The translations under genes and the position numbers were made by a program. Shown here one piece after another: positions 19,156 to 28,604 of a DNA stretch of 64,000 nt. Origin of the DNA: Thermoleophilia bacterium (lineage in GTDB: Bacteria; Actinomycetota; Thermoleophilia; RBG-16-64-13); NCBI GenBank assembly GCA_040770645.1, contig JAXGIS010000002.1:20962-84961 (forward strand), read 5' to 3'. Position 1 is the first letter of the stretch. Each line of letters begins with the position of its first letter. Under the pieces are notes generated by a model. The model was not told the origin of the DNA. It ran no database searches and was given only the letters and a program-made list of their open reading frames with translations.

Positions 19156-21277
19156 CTACCCTTCCATCTTCTCGAGCAGGCGCAGGCTGATCTTCTCTTT
19201 CCCCCCTGGTTGGCCACGTCCATGACCTCGACCTTGACCAGATCACCCTTCTGCACCACGTCCTCCACCGCCGCTACCCGATGCGGGGCGAGCTTGGAGA
19301 TGTGGATGAGACCATCGGTTCCGGGCTTGAGATTGACAAACGCTCCGAAGTTGGTAGTGGAGGCGACCCGACCGACGATCACGTCACCGGCCTGCAGGTC
19401 CCGAGTGATGGCCGCGATATGCTCTACACCGCGTCTCCCAGACGGCCGTCGGTAGCGAACACCTTGACGAGCCCGTCGTCCTCCACCTCGATGGTGCAGT
19501 CGAACTCCTCCTCCATGCCGCGCTGGTCTCGCCGCCCTTGCCGATGATGGCGCCGATCTTGTCGGGATCGATGCGCACGGTGGCGATACGTGGCGCATAG
19601 GCCGACAGCGTGCCCCGGGGCATCGATAACCGCGGTCATGGCGTCGAGAATGGCCAGCCGGGCTCGCCGGGCCTGCTCGAGCGCGTCGCGGAGGATGTCG
19701 AAGGTGACGCCTTTGATCTTGATGTCCATCTGGAGCGCGGTGACGCCTTTGCTGGTGCCCGCCACCTTGAAGTCCATGTCTCCCAGGTGGTCCTCAACAC
19801 CGGCGATGTCGGTGAGAACGATGTAGTCGTCGCCCTCCTTGATGAGGCCCATGGCTATACCGGCCACCGGCCGCGCGATGGGTACTCCGGCATCCATCAA
19901 AGCCAGGGACGAGGCACACCACTGGCCATGGAGCTGGAGCCGTTGGACTCCACACCACGGACACCAAGGCGGATGGTGTAGGGGAGGACTCCTCATCGGG
20001 GATCATGGGCTGCAATGCCCGTTCTCCCAAGGCCCGTGCCCGATCTCGCGCCGACCGGGACCGCGCATGAACCCGGCTTCGCCCACCGAGAACGGCGGGA
20101 ACTTATAGTGATGCATGAAACGCTTTGATTCCTCGACACCGAGGCCGTCAATGCGCTGCTCATCACGGCTGGCACCGAGCGTGAGCAGGCTCAGCACCTG
20201 CGTCTGGCCGCGCGTGAACAGTCCCGAGCCGTGTGTCCGCGCCGCCAACCCCACCTCTACCGCCAGCGGCCTGATCTCGGTTGATGCCCTACCGTCGGGC
20301 CTGACCTTGTCCACCGCAATCTGGCGACGCACCGTCTCCTTCTCGAGGGCGTCGAAGGCTGCGCCCAAGGCCGCCGTCTCGGCGGCGGCGTCGACCGAAT
20401 CCTCAGCCGGCGCCCACGTCTCGAGCACCTTCTGGCGTAACTCGCCCACGGCCTCGTAACGGGCCAACTTCTCCGGCACGGCCGAGGCTGCGCGCAGTTC
20501 TGCGCCGAACTGCTGCCGAATGCGATCCACCAACTCGGGTCGGCCCGCCGCTCGGCTACTTCCATCTTGGGCACACCCACCTCGGCAGCCCAGGCCCTGA
20601 TGGCCGCCACCTGCTCCTGGATGGCCAGATGCGCGAGCGCCATGGCCTCGAGCTAGGTCGGCCTCCTGGATCTCGAGGCATCCGGCCTCGACCATGCTGA
20701 TGGCATCGTCGGTTCCGGCCACCACCAGGTTGATGGGGCTGGCATCCACCTCTTCGAAAGTGGGGTTGATAACCCAACGCCCGTCAACCTTGGCCACCCG
20801 TACCGCACCGATAGGCCCCTGGAAGGGCGCTTCGGACAGGCTGAGAGCCGCCGATGCCCCCAGAAGTGCCAACACATCGTAGGGGTTGGTCTTGTCCACC
20901 GACAACACCGTAGCCACAATGTGAGTCTCGCGATTGAAGCCGGCCGGCCATAGCGGCCGGATGGGCCTATCTATGAGCCGAGCGTTCAGGATGGCCTGGT
21001 CGCTGGGGCGGCCCTCCTTCTTGATGAAGCCACCGGGGATCTTCCCGGCCGCGTACATGCCCTCTTCCACGTCCACTGTGAGCGGGAAAAAGTCCACGTT
21101 GCGTTCGTTCTTGGCCACCACGGCCGTCACCAAGACCATGGTGTCGCCCAGCCGTACCAGCACGGCACCACTGGCCTGCTTGGCCAAACGGCCGGTCTCC
21201 AAATGGATTTCTTTGTCTCCCAGAGTGATGGTGCAGGTATGCACCCGCGCGGAGGCCTCTCCTCCTTGATCAGTCAT
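19156..21277 (-). pseudogene. pnp: polyribonucleotide nucleotidyltransferase (PNPase), about 9-11 frame changes
   Basis: RNase PH 1 is in ORF 20003..21277, with an out-of-frame excursion from about 20650 to 20545 that is restored by ORF 20257..20643. RNase PH 2 ([22 protein letters not shown]), KH (IGKGGET) and S1 ([19 protein letters not shown]) are spread over ORFs 19794..20030, 19424..19996, 19384..19623 and the 5' part of 17904..19598. The final shift is at the C6 run 19201-19206. The stop is TAG at 19156-19158 (..[12 protein letters not shown]). Confidence 0.88.
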
Positions 21278-21299
21278 GTCCTTGGGTTCTCCTTTGTGC

Positions 21300-21318
21300 G
21301 CCCGGGCCCCTCCCGGGC
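21300..21318 (-). promoter_or_regulatory. GC hairpin in the rpsO-pnp spacer (candidate attenuator / processing site)
   Basis: Minus strand GCCCGGG-agggg-CCCGGGC, a 7-bp stem. It lies 20 nt upstream of the pnp RBS AAGGAG. No U tract follows. Confidence 0.4.
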
Positions 21319-21345
21319 ATTTAATGGCTCGTCTCCAGATCCCGC

Positions 21346-21612
21346 CTACTTCCTCAGACCCAGGGCTTTGACCAATCCGCGGTAGCGCTCCACGTCCTCT
21401 TTCTGCAGGTAGTTCAGCAGTCGGCGACGGTGGCCCACCATCTTGAGAAGGCCGCGCCGGGAGTGATGATCCTTCGAATGGATCTTGAGGTGCTCGGTCA
21501 GCACGTTGATTTGCTCGGTCAGGATGGCGACTTGGACCTCGGGAGATCCCGTGTCCGAATCGTGCTTCTTGAACCGATCAATGATTTCAGTCTTCTTCTC
21601 TTTGCTCAGCAT
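21346..21612 (-). CDS. rpsO: 30S ribosomal protein S15
   Basis: 88 aa: [56 protein letters not shown]. Confidence 0.97.
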   Translation of the reverse strand: MLSKEKKTEIIDRFKKHDSDTGSPEVQVAILTEQINVLTEHLKIHSKDHHSRRGLLKMVGHRRRLLNYLQKEDVERYRGLVKALGLRK

Positions 21613-21646
21613 TTTCCTCTAGCCTCCTCGGGCTCCATGCCCCCAG

Positions 21647-21666
21647 CCTGGATGCTGTGATCCAGG
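21647..21666 (-). promoter_or_regulatory. hairpin in the rpsO leader
   Basis: Minus strand CCTGGAT-cacagc-ATCCAGG, a perfect 7-bp stem. A second stem, CTCCCAC...GTGGGAG, lies upstream in the 117-nt ribF-rpsO spacer. Confidence 0.35.
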
Positions 21667-21729
21667 CCGAGCAGCAGGTGGGCTTGACGCTCCCACAGCA
21701 CGCTCCATGTCCGTGGGAGTGACGGTAGG

Positions 21730-22702
21730 TTACCACACGCGGCCGGTGGCGCCGGACGGGCCGGCCGGCGCGGCGGCGAGACGCCGCCGCGCCTCCTCCA
21801 CATCGCGTTGCACTTGTTCTACCAATGCATCCTTACTGGAGAACGTGCGCTGGTCGCGCAGGCGCGCCACAAAATCGATGCCCATGGACACATCGTAGAG
21901 CGTGCCGTGGAAATCGAGCAGGAATGTCTCGATACGGACCACATTGTCATTCTCAAAAGTAGGATTGGTGCCGACGCTGGTGACTGAGTCCTGTATGGGC
22001 CATTGCGGAACGCGCGTGCGCGTGGCGTATACGCCCAGGGCCGGAACGGCTGCATCGGCCGGCGGCTCCAGATTGGCGGTGGGCATGCCCATGGTGCGCC
22101 CGCGCCCTGCGCCCGCCACCACCCGCCCCACCAGCGTGTGCGGCCTGGTCAGCAGGCGTGCCGCCGTCTCCACATCGCCCTTCGCCACCAACTGTCGGAT
22201 ACGGGTAGATGACACCACCTGCCCTTCCGCCTCGATCAGATGTATGGCGCTGACCGAAAACCCCTGGGCCTGGCCGAAGGACAGCAGATCGGCCGCTCCA
22301 CCCCGACCCTGCCGTCCAAACCGGAAGTTGGCCCCCACCGAGACCTGACGCGCCCCCAGCCGCTGCGACAATAGCCTCCGCAGAACTCGTCCGGAGAGAG
22401 GGCGGCGAACTCACGCGTGAAGGGGATGGCGATCACCTCATCCACGCCCAGGTGTTCCAACAGATCGATCTTCACTTCCAGGGGAGTGAGACCGGAGCGC
22501 TTTCAGGGTGAAGAACCATGGCCGGATGTGGCTCGAACGTGACTACTGTGCTCACGCCCTGCATGGCGCGAGCCGCATCCATGGCCATGCCTATGATGCG
22601 CTGGTGCCCCACATGCACGCCGTCAAACGTGCCTATGGCCACTGCGCGCGGCGTGCCGTGAGGAAGGACCGCCACCTCATCTAATGAGCGATACACGCGC
22701 AC
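21730..22702 (-). pseudogene. ribF: bifunctional riboflavin kinase / FMN adenylyltransferase, two 1-nt frame shifts
   Basis: AIGTFDGVHVGHQ is in ORF 22472..22789. KIDLLEHLGVDEVIAIPFTREFAALSPDEF is in ORF 22236..22475. LGARQVSVGANFRFG through to the kinase domain is in ORF 21730..22371. The shifts fall near 22487 and 22385. The proposed start is GTG 22702, with GGAGGAGG 10 nt upstream. Confidence 0.85.
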
Positions 22703-22721
22703 GCCGGCTCTGCCTCCTCCA

Positions 22722-23651
22722 TCAGTCCTGCGGGCTTCTGAACACCACCCGCGGGCGCGAGACGCCCGCCACGCCCTCGTACAGGGCAAGCAGGCCCGCC
22801 TCCCCGTAGACCCGCACTAAGCCGGACGGCGCCCCGCGCAACTCGTTGCCGTGGCGCGCCCGGCTTTCCTCCATATCCCGCACATCATACCTGGGAAGAT
22901 CACGCAGCACGTCGCTCAAGCTGAGTAGGGCCCGCCCGCCGGCGCGCGGCGCGGCGGGCCCCCCCTGCACCCCGGCCCCGTCTGCGGCGGCAATGACTTC
23001 GCCCACCTGTTCCGGACCCACAGCATCCCGCACGTCCATGAAGCCCACGCGTAGCCGTCGCAACTCTGTAGCGTAGCCCCCCACCCCCACAGCAACGCCC
23101 AGATCATGGGCCAGCGTGCGCACGTACGTCCCCTTCGACGTACGAGCCCGAATCACCGCCTGCTGCAGATCGCTGCGGAACTCGAGCAAAGCCAGCTCGT
23201 GCACAGTCACTTCGCGCACCGGCGTCTCGCACTCCTCGCCGCGATGGGCCCGCCTATACAAAGGCTCGCCGCCCACCTTGACGGCTGAGGTCAGGGGAAC
23301 CACCTGCCGGATGAGCCCACGGAACCCCGCCAGTTGCTCCCGCACCTCCGCTTCCGTCACTCGTCCCCCGGTAGGCTCGATGACGCCCGTGGGGTCTTGA
23401 GTGGTGGACACCGCGCCGAACTGCACCGTCACCCGGTACTCCTTGGGCATGGCCATGACCAGCTCAGAGATGCGCGTGGCCTGACCGGCGAGCACCACCA
23501 GCAGACCGGTGGCAAAGGGATCGAGAGTGCCGGCGTGACCCACTTTGCGTCCCAATAGAGGCTTGAGCCGGCGCAAAACCTGGAAGCTCGTCCACCCTGC
23601 CGGCTTGTCCACCAGAAGAACCCGGGTGCGGGTCTCCGGCGATCGCCTCAT
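22722..23651 (-). CDS. truB: tRNA pseudouridine(55) synthase
   Basis: Catalytic motif GHAGTLDPFATGLLVV. 309 aa, intact. Confidence 0.93.
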   Translation of the reverse strand: MRRSPETRTRVLLVDKPAGWTSFQVLRRLKPLLGRKVGHAGTLDPFATGLLVVLAGQATRISELVMAMPKEYRVTVQFGAVSTTQDPTGVIEPTGGRVTEAEVREQLAGFRGLIRQVVPLTSAVKVGGEPLYRRAHRGEECETPVREVTVHELALLEFRSDLQQAVIRARTSKGTYVRTLAHDLGVAVGVGGYATELRRLRVGFMDVRDAVGPEQVGEVIAAADGAGVQGGPAAPRAGGRALLSLSDVLRDLPRYDVRDMEESRARHGNELRGAPSGLVRVYGEAGLLALYEGVAGVSRPRVVFRSPQD

Positions 23652-24646
23652 AGCCTGGCCCCAATCTCCTTCTCGAGCGCGGCGACCGCCTCATCGGGGC
23701 CCGCCTGGATGGTAAAACCCGCGGCCCGCACGTGTCCGCCTCCGCCCCAGATATGGGCCACCTCGGAGACGTCGACGGTGCCGTCCGTGGAGCGAAGGCT
23801 GACTCTGAACTCGCGGCCGTGATCTGTCTGCTGTTCACGCAGCAGAGCCGCCACCTTGATGCCGGCGACTGTGCGAATGCCGTCGATGATGCCCTCGGTG
23901 TGACTCTGCTCGGCAGCGGTTTCCTCAAAATCCTCCCGCGTCAGTACAGACACCGCCAGAAGCCCATCCAGCAGCAACTGCAACGCATCGAAGGCCCTGA
24001 CCGTCAGCATCATCTTACTGACCGGCGTGCTCTCGTACACCCGGCGGTAGACATCATGGACGTCCACCCCCAAGTCCTGCAGATCGGCGGTCATGCGATG
24101 CGCCTCAGCCGTGGTGTTGCTGTACTGGAAGCGCCCCGTGTCGGTTACCAGCCCCACGTACAGGGCGGTGGCCACATCCACGGTGATGGGCAGGCCGCCT
24201 GCCCGAAAGATGCCGTAAAGCACTTGGGTAGTAGAGGAGGCCTTGGCGTCTACGAGATTCAGATGCCCGTAGTGGGGGTTATCGGGATGATGATCGATGT
24301 TGACGCAGAAGTAGTCACGCAGGCCCTGGGGCCCGAACCGCGTAGCGGTCGCGCAGTCAAGCGTATACAGAGTGGCCCCGGGTATCACCGGAAGCTCACC
24401 GCGTGCCGCCCCTCTCACTCCGGACAGGAACATGTACTCGGGGGGCAGCGGCGCTGATCCGGGGACGTAGCCTGTCCACACACAGCCGAGACCTTCCATG
24501 ACTTGCCCGAGTGCCGACATGCTCCCCAACGCGTCCCCATCAGGGTTCTCATGCACCGCCAGCACAGCCCGTTTCTCCATACGCAACCTGGCCGCGATCT
24601 CCTCGGGCGAGCATGTGAACGGCACCACACCCCAAGAGGTGCTCAT
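23648..24646 (-). CDS. nrnA: DHH/DHHA1 family phosphoesterase (NrnA-type oligoribonuclease / pAp phosphatase)
   Basis: HENPDGDALGS, NIDHHPDN, and the DHHA1 motif GGGGHVRAAG. Confidence 0.85.
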   Translation of the reverse strand: MSTSWGVVPFTCSPEEIAARLRMEKRAVLAVHENPDGDALGSMSALGQVMEGLGCVWTGYVPGSAPLPPEYMFLSGVRGAARGELPVIPGATLYTLDCATATRFGPQGLRDYFCVNIDHHPDNPHYGHLNLVDAKASSTTQVLYGIFRAGGLPITVDVATALYVGLVTDTGRFQYSNTTAEAHRMTADLQDLGVDVHDVYRRVYESTPVSKMMLTVRAFDALQLLLDGLLAVSVLTREDFEETAAEQSHTEGIIDGIRTVAGIKVAALLREQQTDHGREFRVSLRSTDGTVDVSEVAHIWGGGGHVRAAGFTIQAGPDEAVAALEKEIGARL

Positions 24647-25071
24647 TACTGCTCCTCAGGCCCGTCCTCTACGCCGGAGTCATGGTCCGGCTCGGCCCGG
24701 AGGTCCACGCCCAGGGCCTCCTCTTCAGAGCGGATCAAGCTGTGGATGCGCATGCCGGTGTCTATGCTCTCGTCGTAGATGAACTCCAGCTCGGGAGTGC
24801 GTTTGAGATGCAGTTCCCGGTTGATCTCCGCCTGCAGGAATCCCTGCGAGCCTCTCAACGCCTCCAGCGTGCCCGCCTTGTCTTTCTGGGACCCCAACAC
24901 GGAGTAGAAGACCTTGGCGTGACGTAGGTCCGCTGCGACCTCCACGCCGGTGATGGTTACAAAGCCCAGGCGCGGGTCTTTGACACGAGCCCCGATGGCC
25001 GAACCCAGCACCCCGCGTACGGCTTCGTTCACCCGTCTCATCCTTCGCGGCTGCCTATCCATCGACCTCAT
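24646..25071 (-). CDS. rbfA: ribosome-binding factor A
   Basis: RRVNEAVRGVLGSAIGARVKDPRLGFVTITGVEVAADLRHAKVFYSV. The true start may be ATG 25062 or 25041. Confidence 0.9.
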   Translation of the reverse strand: MRSMDRQPRRMRRVNEAVRGVLGSAIGARVKDPRLGFVTITGVEVAADLRHAKVFYSVLGSQKDKAGTLEALRGSQGFLQAEINRELHLKRTPELEFIYDESIDTGMRIHSLIRSEEEALGVDLRAEPDHDSGVEDGPEEQ

Positions 25072-25339
25072 ACACCTCCCTGGCCAAGGAGACCAACTCC
25101 CAATCCTGACTGCCCAGGTACGTCTCAGCCTCGTCCAGCACGGCCTCCAACCCGCTCAAACCCGAGGCTGCAATAGCGAATACCACGTCTGCCCGCTGCC
25201 AAAGATCCTGGTAGCCCACCTCGGCGAAAGTAGCCCCGAAGGACCGGGTGAGCTTGGCCCGCATGCTGCGTAGGTACGTGCGTTTGTCCTTGAGAGAGCC
25301 GTTTGCGGGGAAATGCAGTTCCGCCCTCACCACGCCCAC
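25055..25339 (-). CDS. DUF503 family protein (YlxP-like)
   Basis: VGVVRAELHFPANGSLKDKR...DLWQRADVVFAIAAS. A GTG start at 25339 follows the infB stop at 25359-25361. This is the conserved infB-DUF503-rbfA position. Confidence 0.8.
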   Translation of the reverse strand: MGVVRAELHFPANGSLKDKRTYLRSMRAKLTRSFGATFAEVGYQDLWQRADVVFAIAASGLSGLEAVLDEAETYLGSQDWELVSLAREVYEVDG

Positions 25340-25358
25340 GAACCCGCGAGACGGTCGC

Positions 25359-28264
25359 CTATCGAGTGCGCGCAACTTCCTTGATCTCGTAGACCTCGAG
25401 GACATCGCCCTCTTTCAGATCATCGAAGCCATCGATGTGGACTCCGCACTCGAAGCCGGCCAGCACCTCCCGCGCATCGTCACTGAAGCGCCGCAGCGAT
25501 CCGATGACGCCCTCGTGCACGATGCTGCCGTCGCGCACCACGCGCACCTTGGCGTTGCGGACGAGCTTGCCCGAGAGAACGTAGCACCCGGCGATAACCC
25601 CGATCTTGGAAGCCCGGAACAACTGCCGCACCTCGGCCGATCCGATCTCGCTCTCCACGTGTTCGGGCTCCAGCATACCGACCAAAGCCGCCTGCACGTC
25701 TTCGATGGCCTTGTAGATAACGCGGTACGTACGGATATCCACGCCTTCCGTCTCGGCCAACGACTTGGCCGCCGAGGAGGGACGTACGTTGAAGCCTATG
25801 ACCACCGCCCGCGAAGCGGCGGCCAGGTTGATATCCGATTCGTTGATGCCTCCCACACCGGAGTGGATGACGCGCACCTTGACTTCGGGGTGCTGAATCT
25901 CGGTCAGAGCCTCCTCCAGAGCCTCCACCGACCCTGCCACGTCGCCCTTGAGCACCAACGCGAGTTCCTTGACGGCACCTTCTTTGAGTCGCTGGAAGAA
26001 ATCGTCGAGACTGGTGGCGGCGGCTCTGGCCTTGGCCATCTGCTCCATGCGCAGGCGTGCGGAGCGGGTCTCAGCCTTCTGGCGCGCGATGCGCTCGTCT
26101 TTGACCGCCTCCGCGAAATCGCCGGCCGTGGGCACGGTATTGAAGCCAAGGATCTGCACCGGCATGGACGGCCCCGCTTCTTTGAGCGGCCTACCCCGGA
26201 AATCGGCCATGGCTTTGACCTTCCCGTGGGCCTCGCCGCTCACCAACGCGTCACCCACACGCAGTGTGCCCCGCTGTACCAGCATGGTGGCCACCGGACC
26301 CCGTCCCGGATCCAACTGCGCTTCTATGATGATGCCGGAAGCTTCGGCCTTGGGGTTGGCTTTGAGTTCCTGCACATCGGCAACCAGCAGGATCATGTCC
26401 ATGAGCTCATCCAGATTGATGCGCTTCTTGGCCGAAACCGGCACGATCACCGTGTCGCCACCCCAGTCCTCCGGAACCAGCCCCTGTTCGGCCAGTTGCT
26501 GCTTGACTCGGTCCGGGTTGGAGTCTTCCAGATCGATCTTGTTCAAAGCCACCAACATGGGCACGCCGGCCGCGCGGGCGTGGTTGATGGCTTCAGTGGT
26601 CTGGGGCATGACTCCGTCGTTTGCCGCCACCACGATGACGGCCACATCGGTCATATTGGCGCCGCGGGCACGCATGGCCGTGAACGCCTCGTGACCAGGG
26701 GTATCGATGAAGGTGAGGCGGCGATCTTTGTGCCCCACTCGGTAGGCACCTATGTGCTGCGTGATGCCACCCGCCTCGCCCGCGGCCACCTTGGCCTCCC
26801 GAATGGCGTCCAAGAGCGACGTCTTACCGTGGTCTACGTGGCCCATCACGGTCACCACCGGGGCGCGCTCCACCAAGTCGGCCGGGTCATCCACGAATTC
26901 GGGCCGCAACGACTCCTCTTCTTAAGCGTGCTGGATGGTGACCTGCCGCTCGAACTCCTCAGCCAAGACCACGATGGCCTCATCAGACAACGACTGCGTA
27001 ATAGTGAGCAGCTCCCCCATGCGCATCATGGCTTTGATGACCTCGCCCGCCGGGATTTCCAGCGACTCGGAGAAGTCCTTGACCGTGGCGCCGCTGGCCA
27101 GGATCACGGGCGAGTCGGTGCCGGGCGGTGTCTTTTTCTTGGTTGACTTCTCTGCATCGGGCGTGCGCGTGGCCTTGGAGCCGCGCGGTGATCCTCGACC
27201 TCCCTTGCGTCCTGCCTGCGAATCGATCACCACACGACGGCGGCCGCCGTACATCACCACGACGCACGCGCGCCTGGGCGGTTGGTGCTGCGGCCGACTT
27301 GGTGGCCGCAGTGGCCTCAACCTCAGGCTCGACCTCGGTCAGGATTTCCTCGACCAGCACGTCGGCGGCTATTACCTTGGGAGGTCTGGCTCCCCGCTCG
27401 TTGGCATCCTTGCCGCGACGAGGTGTGGCCTTGACGGTTCCTTGCCGAAGCGGCCGGCGGGCCGGCTGGGTTCAGGCACCGCGGACGGACGCGGACACGC
27501 GGCGGACCGGAGGGGCGAGGTCCAGATGCACGCGGCGAGGGCGTGTGAGTCTTGGGGGCAGGGGGTGCCGGCGCAGGCGCGGGCGGTTCCTCACCCTTGA
27601 GACGCACAGTGCCGGGTGCCTTGACGCCCTTGCGCAGCGGTACATCCGGCCCCACCACCGTGGGTAGATCTTCCAGGCGGGGGCCGCGTCCCCGCGGACG
27701 AGGCCCCTCTTCGGGGCGGGCCACTGGGGCGCGGACCACCGGGGTGGGGCGGGCGGCCGCGATCACGCTGCTGGGCACCAGGCTCAGTTCTCTGTCCGGC
27801 GGGCGCGCCGGGCGCGGCCCCGCCGGCTCGGCCCTCAGTACGCGGTTCGGCCGGGCGCGTGTCCGGCCGCGGTGCCCGTGGCGGCCGCGCTCTCGCGCCT
27901 GTCTGCACTCTGCTCGGTCGGACGCGCCGGGCGCCCTTCCGTAACAGGGCGGCTCTGGGTGGGCTCCGGAGCGGGCTGGGGACCGGGCTGTGAAGCCGCC
28001 GTGGCCACCGAAGGCTCCGAGGTCCCTGCGGATTCCGGCTTGGCCGGCGCCGGCTCAGTCGGCGCCGGCTGTAGTCGACGCCGGTTTGGGCCCGGCCGAC
28101 GGCTCGGCGGCAGGCGGCGCACTCAGAACACGGGCCACGTCGGCCTCTTCCACGCTGGACAGGTTACTCGTCACTTCCACGCCGGCCGCGCGCAACAATT
28201 CGGCCAGCTCATGCGTGGACATGCCCTTCTCTCTCGCCACCTCGTAGATACGCCGTTTAGCCAA
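25359..28264 (-). pseudogene. infB: translation initiation factor IF-2, in-frame TAA plus several frame changes in the low-complexity N-terminal linker
   Basis: The N-terminal domain MAKRRIYEVAREKGMSTHELAELLRAAGVEV starts at ATG 28264. The Pro/Ala/Gly/Arg linker is tiled by ORFs ending at 28122, 27908, 27778, 27360 and 27320, each offset by one frame from the last. TAA at 26922-26924 is in frame (..[17 protein letters not shown]). The G domain onward is intact ([17 protein letters not shown]). Confidence 0.88.
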
Positions 28265-28267
28265 GTC

Positions 28268-28591
28268 TCACCTACCGGACCCTTCTTTCGTCGACACCAG
28301 CCCCGCAAACACCTCGCGGAGCACTTCCTCATCAAACATCACCGTGCGGCGGAACACCCTGCAGAATACTCTCTTACTCATCGCCCTTTCGAGGCACGCC
28401 CGCCGTGCACACACATACGCCCCTCTCCCCCGGCGCGGAGCCCCGGGGACATCAAACACCACAACCGCCGACGACCCCACGTCCTCCACGTGCAACCGAA
28501 GCAGCTGATCCTGCCGCGCGCGCGTTCCGCAGGCCACACACCTCCGTTCCGGCGACCTGGCTGTTCCCGCCCTGTCCGCCTCGCCCACCAC
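28268..28591 (-). CDS. ylxR: YlxR/DUF448 family RNA-binding protein
   Basis: RRCVACGTRARQDQLLRL...GRGAYVCARRACLERA. This is the conserved nusA-ylxR-infB position. Confidence 0.85.
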   Translation of the reverse strand: MVGEADRAGTARSPERRCVACGTRARQDQLLRLHVEDVGSSAVVVFDVPGAPRRGRGAYVCARRACLERAMSKRVFCRVFRRTVMFDEEVLREVFAGLVSTKEGSGR

Positions 28592-28604
28592 GTGCCTCGC
28601 TTAC

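Noticed and set aside
17904-19598. 564-aa ORF that looks like a PNPase-S1 domain fused to an M16 peptidase
   Set aside because: The junction is created by a 1-nt loss in the C6 run 19201-19206. Restoring it gives the normal PNPase end (..[12 protein letters not shown] stop) followed by a separate peptidase gene.
25248-27146. Very long plus-strand ORFs, for example 25248..27146 (632 aa), 49556..51124 (522 aa), 54294..55766 (490 aa), 650..2113 (487 aa), 30408..31718 (436 aa) and 59731..60948 (405 aa)
   Set aside because: Each lies antisense to a strongly conserved minus-strand gene (infB, ffh, smc, dapF, proS, coaBC). Their translations are Arg/Gly/His/Pro-rich low-complexity strings with no recognisable motifs. 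Stop-poor antisense frames are expected at this GC content.
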